A stretch of DNA of 64,000 nt from Geopsychrobacteraceae bacterium (GCA_963676795.2 CAXXTB010000002.1:155647-219646), one strand, 5' to 3'; numbered from the stretch's first letter, positions 9,245 to 18,801 are shown. The notes: generated by a model not told the origin, from the letters alone. Numbers and translations: made by a program.

Positions 9245-9548
9245 GCTTCTTCTTCTCTGTGATCCATGAAGGCTGATCGATCTTTTGTGCAGGCCCTTGA
9301 ATTGGCGATAAATGCACATAAAATATGTTTGTTCTTGAATAATGTTGGTGACTTCCGGCCATATCATTGTCTTTGGCCGTGTTTCGTTGTTGGTTTTTGG
9401 CAACAGTGCAGATTAGCCCTTTTCATTCAGGAATCGGACAGGTACACTTGCATTCTGCCCATGGTTTGGTTATGAAATGACCTGTAAATTTTTCTATGGG
9501 ATTCTGTCTGTAACATCATCTGTATCTGTCATGGACTAATATTCAGGG

Positions 9549-10031
9549 ATGGCCGGGGAGGGCTTCATGTCTGAGGGTAAATGGGGAGGTAAAGGCATGG
9601 ATGGTAAAAAGTCGACATCCAGAAAAAAACACAGGTCCGAAAAGGACCTTAAAAAATTCAAGGTGATTGACGGACGGCGGGAAGTGCAGTCTGAAGCAAA
9701 GCCCGAGCACGTAGAAAAGGAAAAAAAGGTGACTTCTGAAACAGCATCTGCAGTACGTACCGGTAATCGACAAATGAACATCAGCTTCATCAAGGCAGGG
9801 ATCGGCTTTGGTCTCGTCGCTCTGGTGATGTCTTTCATCATGCAGGATTTCCGTGAGCATTTTGTCGTGATCGGCATCTGTGCCGGTGTTCTGGTCTATG
9901 TTGCCCTGCATCTGGTCAATTTTGTCCTCGAATCGAGGCAGGTGGCCCTGAAAATCGGTCTTTTCGTCGTGTCGGCATTATTGCTTGCGGCACTGCTTTA
10001 CACCTTCATCATGAGTGTCAAGCCTGGATGA
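9549..10031 (+). CDS. hypothetical membrane protein (basic N-terminal region, about 3 TM helices)
   Basis: Lys/Arg-rich N-terminal half, then hydrophobic segments GFGLVALVMSFIM, VVIGICAGVLVYVALHLV and IGLFVVSALLLAALLYTFI. A terminator follows. The start codon is uncertain. Confidence 0.4.
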   Translation: MAGEGFMSEGKWGGKGMDGKKSTSRKKHRSEKDLKKFKVIDGRREVQSEAKPEHVEKEKKVTSETASAVRTGNRQMNISFIKAGIGFGLVALVMSFIMQDFREHFVVIGICAGVLVYVALHLVNFVLESRQVALKIGLFVVSALLLAALLYTFIMSVKPG

Positions 10032-10060
10032 CGGCTGCTTTGAAAAGATAAAGAGAATGT

Positions 10061-10096
10061 GAGCCCGGTTCGGAAGAGTCGGGCTCGTTTTGTTTC
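10061..10096 (+). terminator. rho-independent terminator
   Basis: GAGCCCG-12 nt-CGGGCTC followed by GTTTTGTTTC. Confidence 0.65.
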
Positions 10097-10141
10097 AAAA
10101 AGGATCTGGGCAGGCCGGGGCGCCTGCCGGTAAGGAGAGCT

Positions 10142-10684
10142 ATGTTCATTGAATTAGCAAGGAAACGCAGAAGTGTCAGAGCCTTCACGGACCAACCGGT
10201 TGAAGAGGAACAGCTGGCCCGCATTGTTGAGGCGGCATTACGTTCGCCATCGGGGCGTTCCAAGCGTCCCTATCACCTGCTGGTTGTCACCGACAGGGCT
10301 CTGATCGATCAGATGGTTCAGGCCAAAACCCACGGAGGACTGTTTTTGGCGACAGCGACAGCGGCCATTGTCGTTTGTGGCGATCCGACCATTTCAGATA
10401 TGTGGATCGAGGACTCAACCATTGCCGCTGTGACCATGCAGTACGCGGCAACGGACCTGGGGCTGGGCAGCTGCTGGGCGCAGATCCGGGCGCGCAACCA
10501 CAGTGATGACTTAAGTGCCGGAGAATATCTGAATCAGCTCCTTGCACTGCCGGAGCATTTCGAGGTCGAATGTGTGCTGGGGATTGGCTGCCCTGCCCAG
10601 CAGACCCGTCCGTTGGAGGATGACGCCTTAAGGTATGACAGAGTCAGCCTGAATAGCTATATGACCCCATTCAAGGTTTCCTGA
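10142..10684 (+). CDS. nitroreductase family protein
   Basis: ARKRRSVRAFTDQPVEEEQLARIVEAALRSPSGRSKRPYHLLVV is the canonical nitroreductase N-terminal motif (RRSxRxF...P). Confidence 0.85.
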   Translation: MFIELARKRRSVRAFTDQPVEEEQLARIVEAALRSPSGRSKRPYHLLVVTDRALIDQMVQAKTHGGLFLATATAAIVVCGDPTISDMWIEDSTIAAVTMQYAATDLGLGSCWAQIRARNHSDDLSAGEYLNQLLALPEHFEVECVLGIGCPAQQTRPLEDDALRYDRVSLNSYMTPFKVS

Positions 10685-10686
10685 AA

Positions 10687-12054
10687 TTAACTGCTTTGAG
10701 CGGCCTTGTCGCTGAGAATGACAAGGATTCTCTGGCGCCACTGGCGAGGGTGGTGTAACTGTTTCAGGGCGCCCACCATGCAGCTGAGGTCCTCGGCCGA
10801 GAGGGGGATTTCCTGAAAGTGTTTTTGGCGGTAGCCGTGATGAATTCGCTCGATTGCCGGCTGCAGTTCGGCAAACAATGAACCCAGGCGGCGACAATAT
10901 TGGTGTGGGGTTTCAGCCTGGCGCGGCGGAACCCCGCTGCGCGTGCCCCAGAGAATCAGGCGTCTGAAACAATCTTCACTGGTGTAGCTTTTGCGCCGCA
11001 AAAAATTGTAGGCGCTTCTGAACAGCAGCGCGATAACCTTGAGCAGCCGAACTGGTATCCGGATAAACCCGGAACGCTGAAGTTGTGGTCTGGCGTTTGA
11101 GCCTTTTGCCCAGAGCAGGCGCAGCAGCGTGGCCAGAATCAGGCCGAGAAAAAACAGGCCGACGAGAATGAGGACCGCGGCGAACAGATACTGGGCGACG
11201 CTGAAATGGTGGAACAGATCGGGGCGGAGCACTGTCTCAAGAGCAGGGTCCGCTGATTTCGCTTGGGACGGAAGCTTGCCCAGTCCCGCGGGGCTGTAGC
11301 TGAAGATTGCATGGAGAACCGCCTCTAGAGGTTTCAGCAGCACGGAACCGGATGTGCCGATCCCCTCGATCGTTGTTTTGGTGATTCGGCTGATTTGCGG
11401 ATAGAGCAGGGTGACGATGGCCAGGATTCCGCAGAACAGCGCCGTTGAACTGAGCCAGAACAGCAGCCCCCTTCTTACCGTCGTGCCGATTCGTTGCGCT
11501 GAGGCCTGGTGGCTCTCTGCAAGGGTTATGGCTCCCAGAATGAAAAAGCAGAGATAGGGCAATGGGCCCGGAACAGCAAGCTGTAAACCTTCTTTGTAGC
11601 TGAGCCAGAGTTTGCTTAAAGCGAGCAGAAAGAGCCAGAAGGCTCCCCGGTCAAAGATTCTGCAGATCCTGAAATAACTGGTTTCCTTGAGTGGTAGCTG
11701 GGCGCCGAGAGTCATGAAGAGCAAACTTAAGACGATGAACAGGACCAGCTGATACCAGCTTCCCACGGAATGCGGTTGACGCAGTGCCGCCTGCCAGTTC
11801 AACAGCGCGTAGAGGATGACAGCGCCAAGCGGTATCTGCAGCAGCAGAATCCAGAAAATGCGCAGGCGACGTTCGGTCGCAATGAGCGATAGCAACATCG
11901 GCAGGATATAGGCGATGAGGCCGCTTAAGAAGGAGTAGTTACCGCCCTGTCCCGCCGAGATCAGGTAGCTGCTCCAGGCTTGAAGCCAGCACAGGTTCAT
12001 ACCCGCACAGAGGATCAGCCGGAGCAACGACTGTGGCGTGGTTATTCCAGGCAT
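10687..12054 (-). CDS. polytopic membrane protein with C-terminal DUF4129-like domain; third gene of the MoxR operon, no transglutaminase core seen
   Basis: Many TM helices in residues 1-330. The C-terminus ...ETPHQYCRRLGSLFAELQPAIERIHHGYRQKHFQEIPLSAEDL resembles DUF4129. The start overlaps the DUF58 gene by 13 nt. Confidence 0.65.
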   Translation of the reverse strand: MPGITTPQSLLRLILCAGMNLCWLQAWSSYLISAGQGGNYSFLSGLIAYILPMLLSLIATERRLRIFWILLLQIPLGAVILYALLNWQAALRQPHSVGSWYQLVLFIVLSLLFMTLGAQLPLKETSYFRICRIFDRGAFWLFLLALSKLWLSYKEGLQLAVPGPLPYLCFFILGAITLAESHQASAQRIGTTVRRGLLFWLSSTALFCGILAIVTLLYPQISRITKTTIEGIGTSGSVLLKPLEAVLHAIFSYSPAGLGKLPSQAKSADPALETVLRPDLFHHFSVAQYLFAAVLILVGLFFLGLILATLLRLLWAKGSNARPQLQRSGFIRIPVRLLKVIALLFRSAYNFLRRKSYTSEDCFRRLILWGTRSGVPPRQAETPHQYCRRLGSLFAELQPAIERIHHGYRQKHFQEIPLSAEDLSCMVGALKQLHHPRQWRQRILVILSDKAAQSS

Positions 12055-13226
12055 AGGTTCTCCAGTGGGATCACGCGCAGATCGTTGACGGTCTCAGTGC
12101 TCGTCAGCGCCGGAACCAGGGTGATCGACATTCTTCTGGTTTTCAGCAATTTCAGCGCAGCACCAGTTTGCGGCTGATGCTGTGAAAGACAGAGGAGCAG
12201 GATCTGCGCCCCGCTGAGCTGGTGCATACAGCGACCAAGCAGGGCCCCCAGAGTGGGGCCCGTCTCAGCCGTGTGTCTGGCCAGCAGCTCAAACATGTTT
12301 GTCAGGTCGGGATGGCTGTCGGGCGGGACAAGAGCCTCTGGTGCACCGATCATCCTGCCGTTGCTGACCAGGCCGAGCTGGTGTCCCTGTTGGGAAAAAT
12401 GATGAATCAGGCTGGCCGATAGTCCCAGCATCCGTTCAAAGGAGGCGTTCATCTCTTCACTGGCGAAACCTTCCACGTCGATCACCAGCAGGACCTTGCC
12501 CATACTGGCCGGTTCGCAGACCTTTTCACTGAGCCGGTTGAGCCGCGCGCTGACTTTCCAGTTGATTCTTCTGGCCGGCGATTCGCCGCGGTATTCCCGG
12601 CTGCCGCTGACATAGATCGGATCCTCTACCGGGCTGCGCCAGCCCGGGCGGCCGAAGAACAGGCGCTCACTGATCGCCGGTGCTGCCAGGGGGACCAGGG
12701 ACGGGAAAACAATAATCTCGGCGCTGATGACCTGCTTCTTGATGTGGGGGTAGAAGCCGAACGGGTCGGCCGTCAGCAGAGATGTGTCGGAAAAGGAATA
12801 GACTCCGCGACGTAACACGGGGAAATGACACCGGGTCGAAAGCTTCTGCAGGCCCGATAGCCAGAATTGTTGCGAATCCTGTTCGCTGCTACCCTGGTGA
12901 AGAGCGTTGAGACGGCTGTCGACTCTCAGCCACAGTGGAAGCAGGCCGCTGTTCCGTCCGCTGACGACAAGTTCGATCTTTTCACCGGCAAAGACCCTTG
13001 ATGAAGCGACTGAGCAACAGATGTCCAGTTTCCGGCTGACGCGTTTGCTCCACAGGGAAGCACTGACAAACAGCAGCAGGCCCAGAGCGCAGAAAAGGGT
13101 CAGCTCTGCCGATCTGCAGGCCAGGGCCAGCAGCAGGAAAAACAGGGTGAAGACCAGCAGCAGGCGCGAAGCGAAAAGCGACGTGCTGTGCTGCTGGACC
13201 AGGGTTGCTTCACTCATGGGGATCAA
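12042..13226 (-). CDS. DUF58 domain protein (vWA-like, MoxR partner)
   Basis: N-terminal TM pair. DPIYVSGSREYRGESPARRINWKVSARL is the DUF58 signature, followed by VLLVIDVEGF. 4-nt overlap with the MoxR gene. Confidence 0.8.
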   Translation of the reverse strand: MIPMSEATLVQQHSTSLFASRLLLVFTLFFLLLALACRSAELTLFCALGLLLFVSASLWSKRVSRKLDICCSVASSRVFAGEKIELVVSGRNSGLLPLWLRVDSRLNALHQGSSEQDSQQFWLSGLQKLSTRCHFPVLRRGVYSFSDTSLLTADPFGFYPHIKKQVISAEIIVFPSLVPLAAPAISERLFFGRPGWRSPVEDPIYVSGSREYRGESPARRINWKVSARLNRLSEKVCEPASMGKVLLVIDVEGFASEEMNASFERMLGLSASLIHHFSQQGHQLGLVSNGRMIGAPEALVPPDSHPDLTNMFELLARHTAETGPTLGALLGRCMHQLSGAQILLLCLSQHQPQTGAALKLLKTRRMSITLVPALTSTETVNDLRVIPLENLCLE

Positions 13227-14161
13227 CCGGGCATGCCCGGAACCTTAACTGTGCCGGCCAGTTCTGAAAGCAGATCGTTGATCTGAATGCCTTTGATCTT
13301 GGCCTGATCGTGAAGGACGATTCTGTGGCCGAGGACCGGAATGAGCAGTTCCTGAATATCATCGGGAATGACATAGCTGCGCCCTTCCACCGCGGCCAGT
13401 GCCTGGCAGGCTCTCATCAGGGCCATTGAGGCCCGCGGGCTGGCACCGAAACGGATCTGGGTGTGGTTACGGGTGGCCTGGACAATCTCGGCCAGGTACT
13501 CTTTGATCGCTTGTGAGACGATCACCTTTTTGCGCAGTTGCTGCAGGTCATGAACTTCAGCAGGGCTGGTGATAGCCGAGAGCTGCTCGAGGGGGTTCTG
13601 CGCTTCGAAACGTTCAAGGATGGCGACCTCTTCCTGAAGGGTTGGGTAGCCTAGCTCGATCTTCATCAGGAACCGGTCGAGCTGGGCTTCCGGCAGAGGA
13701 AATGTTCCTTCCAGCTCAACCGGGTTCTGGGTGGCGATAACAAAGAAGGGCTGAGGCAGCTTGTAGGTGACCCGGTCGACGGTGACCTGGCGCTCTTCCA
13801 TGCTTTCCAGCAGGCTCGACTGGGTTCTTGGGACCGTCCGGTTGATTTCGTCGGCGAGCAGGATGTTGGTCATCACCGGTCCCTGCTGGAAACGGAACTG
13901 CCCTTCGTTTTGCAGATAGATATTAAAACCGGTGATATCGGATGGCAGCAGGTCGGGGGTAAACTGAATGCGCTGGTAAGTACCGCCGATCGACAGGGCC
14001 AGGGCATGGGCGAGCATGGTTTTGCCGACGCCTGGGACATCTTCCAGCAGGACATGGCCATCGGCGAGCAGGGCAACGACGATCTGTTTGATCGTCTGTT
14101 GTTTGCCGACTATAACGCGCGAGATGTTGTCCATGATGCGCGTGCAGGTCGAAAAATCCAC
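13223..14161 (-). CDS. MoxR-family AAA+ ATPase
   Basis: VIVGKQQTIKQIVVALLADGHVLLEDVPGVGKTMLAHALA (Walker A), ILLADEINR (Walker B), VIATQNPVELEGTFPLPEAQLDRF. GTG start chosen 7 nt after AAGGAG; the track start 14209 is a TTG and ATG 14134 is an alternative. Confidence 0.9.
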   Translation of the reverse strand: MDFSTCTRIMDNISRVIVGKQQTIKQIVVALLADGHVLLEDVPGVGKTMLAHALALSIGGTYQRIQFTPDLLPSDITGFNIYLQNEGQFRFQQGPVMTNILLADEINRTVPRTQSSLLESMEERQVTVDRVTYKLPQPFFVIATQNPVELEGTFPLPEAQLDRFLMKIELGYPTLQEEVAILERFEAQNPLEQLSAITSPAEVHDLQQLRKKVIVSQAIKEYLAEIVQATRNHTQIRFGASPRASMALMRACQALAAVEGRSYVIPDDIQELLIPVLGHRIVLHDQAKIKGIQINDLLSELAGTVKVPGMPG

Positions 14162-14472
14162 AAATAGCTCCTTTGACTCCCCCTCATGAGATGAACAAAG
14201 ACGTCTCAATATATACCCAGAAAGTGTGTTTGGCTATTCGTGTTTACACTTCTTAACAATAAATCTAAGGACGGGAATGAGACGTTTTTTCTAAGCAGAG
14301 AGAGCGGTTTATTCCTATCTGTGGATAACTCTGTTGATAGACGATATTTATCCCCTTTTGGCGTTTATTTCAGTGGAAAACTTCTCAGGGATTGTCGTTC
14401 AGGGTCTCTGTCTGTTCTTCATTGATTGTTGAGAAAGATCGGAGCAGAAGCTGTCGTTGGTGTACCAGAGGG

Positions 14473-14976
14473 TTAGTAGTTTCGGCATCCGCTGGTGGTA
14501 AAGTCGATCTGGGGGCGGCTTCCTGCCGCCGCCGCTTTTCTGTAGCGTACGTAACAGCTTGCCGTTCCTGCATCGACCGGAATAACTTCCGGCCAGTAGA
14601 CCCAGGCGTCATAGACGGTACTGTGGCGGACTTTCCATCCTGATGGCGTGTCGACCATTTTGGTGATGCCGTAAACAGGTGTAGTGTTGTTCGGGGGGAT
14701 CGATGGAAAGCCGTAGGCGAGCTCGATGGTTTCCCCTTCGGCGATAATGGTCGAAGTCGGCTGACTGTCTACGCCATCAATTCTTGCCTTGGCGTGAGCC
14801 AGGGTGGAGGCTGTCTCCAGTGCTCCGATCAGGCCTTCCATTGAGCTGATTATGGCCCGTTCCTTCATGTTGACGAATTTGGGAACGGCGACGGCACCTA
14901 ATATTCCAAGGATGACAATGACAACAACCAGTTCTATGAGTGTGAAGCCACGTTCATTGCTGATTTCTGTTGGCAA
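14473..14976 (-). CDS. type IV pilin / pseudopilin-like protein (prepilin N-methylation motif)
   Basis: ...NERG|FTLIELVVVIVILGILGAVAVPKF class III signal peptide. C-terminal Cys pair (C..26 aa..C) typical of a pilin D-region. TTG start 5 nt after GGGAGAG preferred over the longer track ORF. Confidence 0.78.
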   Translation of the reverse strand: MPTEISNERGFTLIELVVVIVILGILGAVAVPKFVNMKERAIISSMEGLIGALETASTLAHAKARIDGVDSQPTSTIIAEGETIELAYGFPSIPPNNTTPVYGITKMVDTPSGWKVRHSTVYDAWVYWPEVIPVDAGTASCYVRYRKAAAAGSRPQIDFTTSGCRNY

Positions 14977-15337
14977 GAGACTCTCCCATTTCAGTGGAAT
15001 TAGATTTGGCAAATAAATCACTAACATACTGGTGAGTCAACACAATTTTTAATTTCGGATAACATCAGTAATACCTTTTCAGAGCTGATATTCCAGAATA
15101 ATTGCAGGTGTCATCGGTCTTTTGATGGGAATGATCATTTTATCGGTGAAGGGAATGGTTTGAGCCAAAAATATGACATTCCTTCAATGTTGATCTCTTC
15201 CAGTGAAACTCGATTCCATATAATAAAATCTTTTTAAATTATATGTTTACGCTAAATTAGTACTTGATTAGTTGATGTTAATTGATGTAGTTTTGTTCCT
15301 ATTCAGTGAAGTGAACAACGAGTCAAGGAGGCTTCTT

Positions 15338-16630
15338 ATGAGCTGGACTTTTTCAAGAAAGACTGTGCTTGCGGGGATTGTTTTTTTTCTCGCTCTGATT
15401 ATTCAGGCTTGGGTCTTCAGTCAAATCAATTCACTTGTCGCATCTCATCAGGTCCTGAGCGAACAGATTCACAGGTTCACTTTGACCGGTTACATCATTC
15501 TGATTCTGATGTTTATCTTTTTCGTAGTACTATCCTTCCTGTTGATAAAGGGGCTGATTCAGCCGATAAGACAGTCCATTTCCATGGTGCAGGGGCTGGT
15601 GAATGGTCGGCTCAATCAACAACTGGATGTTACCACCAGTAGTGAGGTCGGCCAGCTGGCCTCAGCACTGAATTCACTGGCTCTTGAACTTAACCAGGAG
15701 GTTGTGCGTCCTTTGCAGCAGCTGGCTGATGGCGATTTCAACTTCACTGTGACTCTTCGCGATGAGGGGGATCAAATCCGCCAGGCAATAGCCCGTACTT
15801 GCAGTGATTATAACGAGATGCTCGGGCAGTTTATGGAAGCGACAGAGCAGATGAGCATTGCCAGCACTCAGGTCTCAACCGCGATGCAGGCTCAGGCTGA
15901 TGGCGCGAGCAAAGCGGCTGCTTCCATCGAAGAGATCAGCAGTTCGGTGCATGAAATGTCATCCCAGACCCAGCTCAACGCTGATAATGCCAACCAGGCC
16001 AGTCATCTGGCCCTGGAGGCCAGCGGTGCCGCCGCCAAGGGTGGAGAACAGATGCAGGCCATGGTTGTGGCGATGAATGATATCAATGCTGCTGGCCAGA
16101 ATATCAGCAAGATCATCAAGGTTATCGACGAAATCGCTTTTCAGACCAATCTCCTGGCGCTCAATGCAGCCGTTGAGGCGGCCCGGGCCGGTCAGCATGG
16201 CAAAGGGTTTGCCGTTGTTGCCGAGGAAGTTCGAAATCTCGCTGCACGCAGTGCCAAAGCTGCCCAAGAGACCGCGGATCTGATCGAGAGTTCCGTCCAG
16301 AAAACTGTGAACGGAACAAATATCGCCGAACAGACATCTGGCTCGTTGACCGAAATTGTCAATTCAATCAATCAGGTGACCGGACTCATTGCCGAGATTG
16401 CCTCTTCGAGCAACGAACAGGCTCGTGGTATAGAACAGGTCAACCAGACCTTGTCGCTGATAGATAAAGGGGTTCAGGCCGATACCGCCAATGCCGAGGA
16501 GGGCGCAGCTGCAGCAGAAGAGATGTCCAGCCAGGCGAGTTATCTTCAGCAATTGCTCAGTCATTTTCATCTGAATAGGGGGCAGCTCGCATCATCGTCA
16601 CAGTCGGTCCAGCTCTCCCTGCCTCACTGA
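15338..16630 (+). CDS. methyl-accepting chemotaxis protein (two TM, minimal periplasmic loop, HAMP)
   Basis: RBS AAGGAGG. Signalling hairpin [48 protein letters not shown]. Confidence 0.9.
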   Translation: MSWTFSRKTVLAGIVFFLALIIQAWVFSQINSLVASHQVLSEQIHRFTLTGYIILILMFIFFVVLSFLLIKGLIQPIRQSISMVQGLVNGRLNQQLDVTTSSEVGQLASALNSLALELNQEVVRPLQQLADGDFNFTVTLRDEGDQIRQAIARTCSDYNEMLGQFMEATEQMSIASTQVSTAMQAQADGASKAAASIEEISSSVHEMSSQTQLNADNANQASHLALEASGAAAKGGEQMQAMVVAMNDINAAGQNISKIIKVIDEIAFQTNLLALNAAVEAARAGQHGKGFAVVAEEVRNLAARSAKAAQETADLIESSVQKTVNGTNIAEQTSGSLTEIVNSINQVTGLIAEIASSSNEQARGIEQVNQTLSLIDKGVQADTANAEEGAAAAEEMSSQASYLQQLLSHFHLNRGQLASSSQSVQLSLPH

Positions 16631-16640
16631 TCCAGCATAA

Positions 16641-16680
16641 AAGAGACGGCCTGCACTTTATGCAGGCCGTCTCTTTTGTC
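16641..16680 (+). terminator. rho-independent terminator
   Basis: AGAGACGGCCTGC-7 nt-GCAGGCCGTCTCT, 13-bp perfect stem, then TTTGTCT. Confidence 0.8.
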
Positions 16681-16921
16681 TCCAGCGAACGTCCGGCTCA
16701 AAGCTGAGGCTGGCCAGCATGATCCGCAACTTGAGCGATTTGATTGAGGTTCGCTTCTGCTTTCTCAGTCCCGCGGGAAGTGCTTTGTCGATTGATCCGG
16801 GTTTTTCGTTGACAGTCATTGAGCCCTTTGCGTACAACCATAGTCGACTGTTCTCAAAACAGCGGATTGATAAATCGACCGGCAGAATCTCAAACGCCAT
16901 GAGCAGCAAAGCCCCATCACG

Positions 16922-17860
16922 ATGACCGAAATTGCCAACCTGATCCTGGTTTCCGGCCGGGCCGCCGTTGAACTTGCCCTGTTTATCCTACTGCCGGTCA
17001 TGATCGTCATGCTGACCCTGATGAGACTCCTTGAGGCCAAGGGGATTCTCGATCGCTTCGTCTCTCTCTTGTCGCCGGTTCTGAAACCGCTGGGGATTCC
17101 CGGGCTCGGGGTTTTTGCCTTGATCCAGGTTCTGCTGGTCAGCTTTGCCGCGCCGTTGGCAACACTGATCATGATGGAAAAAGGCGGGGTCAACAGACGT
17201 CACCTCGCTGCCGGCCTGACCCTGATCTTTGCCGGTGCCCAGGCCAATGTGGTCTTTCCGATGAGTGCCATGGGGCTGAACGGTCCGGCGACCCTGATTA
17301 TTTCAGGAATTGCTGCAGTTATCGGTGCAGCGGCAACCTTTCATCTCTTTGGTCGTAAGCTGGAAAATGAGGATGAACCCCCGGAGCCCAAGCCGGAACA
17401 TGCCACGGTTGACAGTGGTAAGGGGGTGATCGATCTGATCAACGCCGCCGGAAAAGAAGCCTTCACTATTGCGGTCGGCTCTCTGCCGATGTTGGTGCTG
17501 TCGTTGTTGCTGGTCAATATTCTGCGTACGATCGGCACCATTGAATTTATTGAATCCTTGAGCGCACCGTTGCTGGCTCTATTCGACCTGCCGCCGGCGG
17601 CAGCGCTGGCCGTCATCACCAAGGCGATTGCCGGCGGAACGGCAATGATGGGTATTTCTTCCGATATGCTTCAGCAGGGGCTGCTGTCGACGCTTGATAT
17701 CAACCGGATGGCCGGACTGCTGATCCACCCCTTCGATCTGGTCGGGATCACCATCATGATTTCGGCCGGACCACGGGTGGCTTCGGTCCTGCGTCCGGCG
17801 ATCTGCGGAGCGGTTGTCGCTATTCTGCTGCGGGCGGCCATTCACCTGCTGGTCTGGTAG
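16922..17860 (+). CDS. nucleoside-recognition (Gate) domain membrane protein
   Basis: 312 aa polytopic. N-terminus LILVSGRAAVELALFILLPVMIVMLTLMRLLEAKGILD resembles SpmA/FeoB-gate-type proteins. Confidence 0.6.
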   Translation: MTEIANLILVSGRAAVELALFILLPVMIVMLTLMRLLEAKGILDRFVSLLSPVLKPLGIPGLGVFALIQVLLVSFAAPLATLIMMEKGGVNRRHLAAGLTLIFAGAQANVVFPMSAMGLNGPATLIISGIAAVIGAAATFHLFGRKLENEDEPPEPKPEHATVDSGKGVIDLINAAGKEAFTIAVGSLPMLVLSLLLVNILRTIGTIEFIESLSAPLLALFDLPPAAALAVITKAIAGGTAMMGISSDMLQQGLLSTLDINRMAGLLIHPFDLVGITIMISAGPRVASVLRPAICGAVVAILLRAAIHLLVW

Positions 17861-17868
17861 GGTTTTTC

Positions 17869-18195
17869 TCAGACTTCATTTTTGTGAAAGACATCGAAGA
17901 AGACGACGCTGTCGTCACTGATCTTTCCGCATTTTTCGCAGCGTTCTTCCAATTTCATGCTGGCCTTCTGGCAGAGTGAACACCACTCATAAATCAGGCG
18001 GTAATCACGGCGGCCGACGTATTTTTTGAAGCGGCTGTGGTGCTGGCCGCGCATCCGTCCGTCCGCATCTTCCGGATTCTCCAGGATACGTTCTATGACC
18101 TGGTGAATGCGTTTAAAGCCGACTGTATCCTGCTTTTTGATCCGTTCCAGTTTGTTTTCAAAGCAGACCGTCGGATGGTAGCTGTAGGGTGGCAT
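17869..18195 (-). CDS. RelE/ParE-superfamily toxin-like protein with CxxC-x10-CxxC insertion; no cognate antitoxin gene seen
   Basis: ...IHQVIERILENPEDADGRMRG...FKKYVGRRDYRLIYEW[CSLCQKASMKLEERCEKC]GKISDDSVVFFDVFHKNEV follows the RelE/ParE pattern (L.nP...g...k.rvGdYRliY...v.f..v.hR). Confidence 0.55.
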   Translation of the reverse strand: MPPYSYHPTVCFENKLERIKKQDTVGFKRIHQVIERILENPEDADGRMRGQHHSRFKKYVGRRDYRLIYEWCSLCQKASMKLEERCEKCGKISDDSVVFFDVFHKNEV

Positions 18196-18477
18196 CGATT
18201 AGTCCTTCCGCAAAAAATAACTGTGAGTTTGTATAAAATACTGGATTCAGGTGTTTTGTCAGCACTTCTTTTATCTTGCCCTCTGAATTTTCATTTCTTC
18301 AATTCAACGCTAACATATTGCTGTCATGAGGAAACCGAGCCTTCACCGTTACTTCTGGCGCAAGCGTTCTTGTGCGCTCCAATGTTCCTTATTCGGGACT
18401 ATAAGTAAAATTTATAGTGTTGATATAAAAAAAATATTTTCTTTCGATTACCAAATAGGTTATGTTTAGTTCGCACA

Positions 18478-18493
18478 GGGCAACAATGTTGCA
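18478..18493 (+). promoter_or_regulatory. sigma54 (-24/-12)-like promoter upstream of the small-peptide genes
   Basis: GGGCAA-caatg-TTGCA against consensus TGGCAC-N5-TTGCA. GG and GC are separated by exactly 10 nt; about 60 nt upstream of the first ATG. Confidence 0.4.
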
Positions 18494-18555
18494 GATAGAG
18501 AAACTGCCCCTGGGGGCTTCAGGCTCATTAACACAACCTCAAAGGAGTAAAGATC

Positions 18556-18651
18556 ATGAAAGGCTTTAAACATTTTGCAGGTACAGGCACCGCCCTTGGT
18601 CTTCTTGTCGTATTTACCGTTATCCTGGCCGGACTGGCAGCTGTCGCCTAG
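18556..18651 (+). CDS. small hydrophobic peptide, 31 aa (paralog 1 of 3)
   Basis: AAAGGAG RBS 8 nt upstream. MKGFKHFAGTGTALGLLVVFTVILAGLAAVA*. Below the ORF-track size cutoff. Confidence 0.62.
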   Translation: MKGFKHFAGTGTALGLLVVFTVILAGLAAVA

Positions 18652-18705
18652 GTGAGTGAAAAGAAAACAAACTTAACCAGCTGATGAAAATTAAAGGAGA
18701 ACGTC

Positions 18706-18801
18706 ATGAAAGGTTACAATCATTTTTCTGGTACTGGTACCGCTCTTGGCCTTCTTGCAGTATTTACAGTTATTCTGGCCGGGTTGGCTGCTGTTGCATA
18801 A
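18706..18801 (+). CDS. small hydrophobic peptide, 31 aa (paralog 2 of 3)
   Basis: AAAGGAG RBS. MKGYNHFSGTGTALGLLAVFTVILAGLAAVA*. 27/31 aa identical to paralog 1 while about a dozen codons differ only synonymously. Confidence 0.65.
   Translation: MKGYNHFSGTGTALGLLAVFTVILAGLAAVA

Noticed and set aside
16080-16260. The two MCPs share an identical 58-aa block, which suggested recent duplication or gene conversion with 25020-25200.
   Set aside because: The nucleotide sequences differ at many synonymous positions. This is the universally conserved MCP signalling hairpin, not a recent repeat.
16719-16925. 68-aa ORF ending in an ATGA overlap with the Gate-domain gene start.
   Set aside because: It has no RBS and an odd composition, and a competing antisense ORF covers the same stretch. 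It is probably non-coding leader sequence.
18472-18483. CGCACAGGGCAA resembles the 5' strand (GCACAGGGCAAACC) of GEMM-I c-di-GMP/cGAMP riboswitches, which are common in Geobacter relatives.
   Set aside because: The rest of the motif (GNRA-capped P1b, GACGCAAAGC, tetraloop receptor, CAGCCGGGC 3' strand) is absent downstream. The same bases fit a sigma54 -24 box better.
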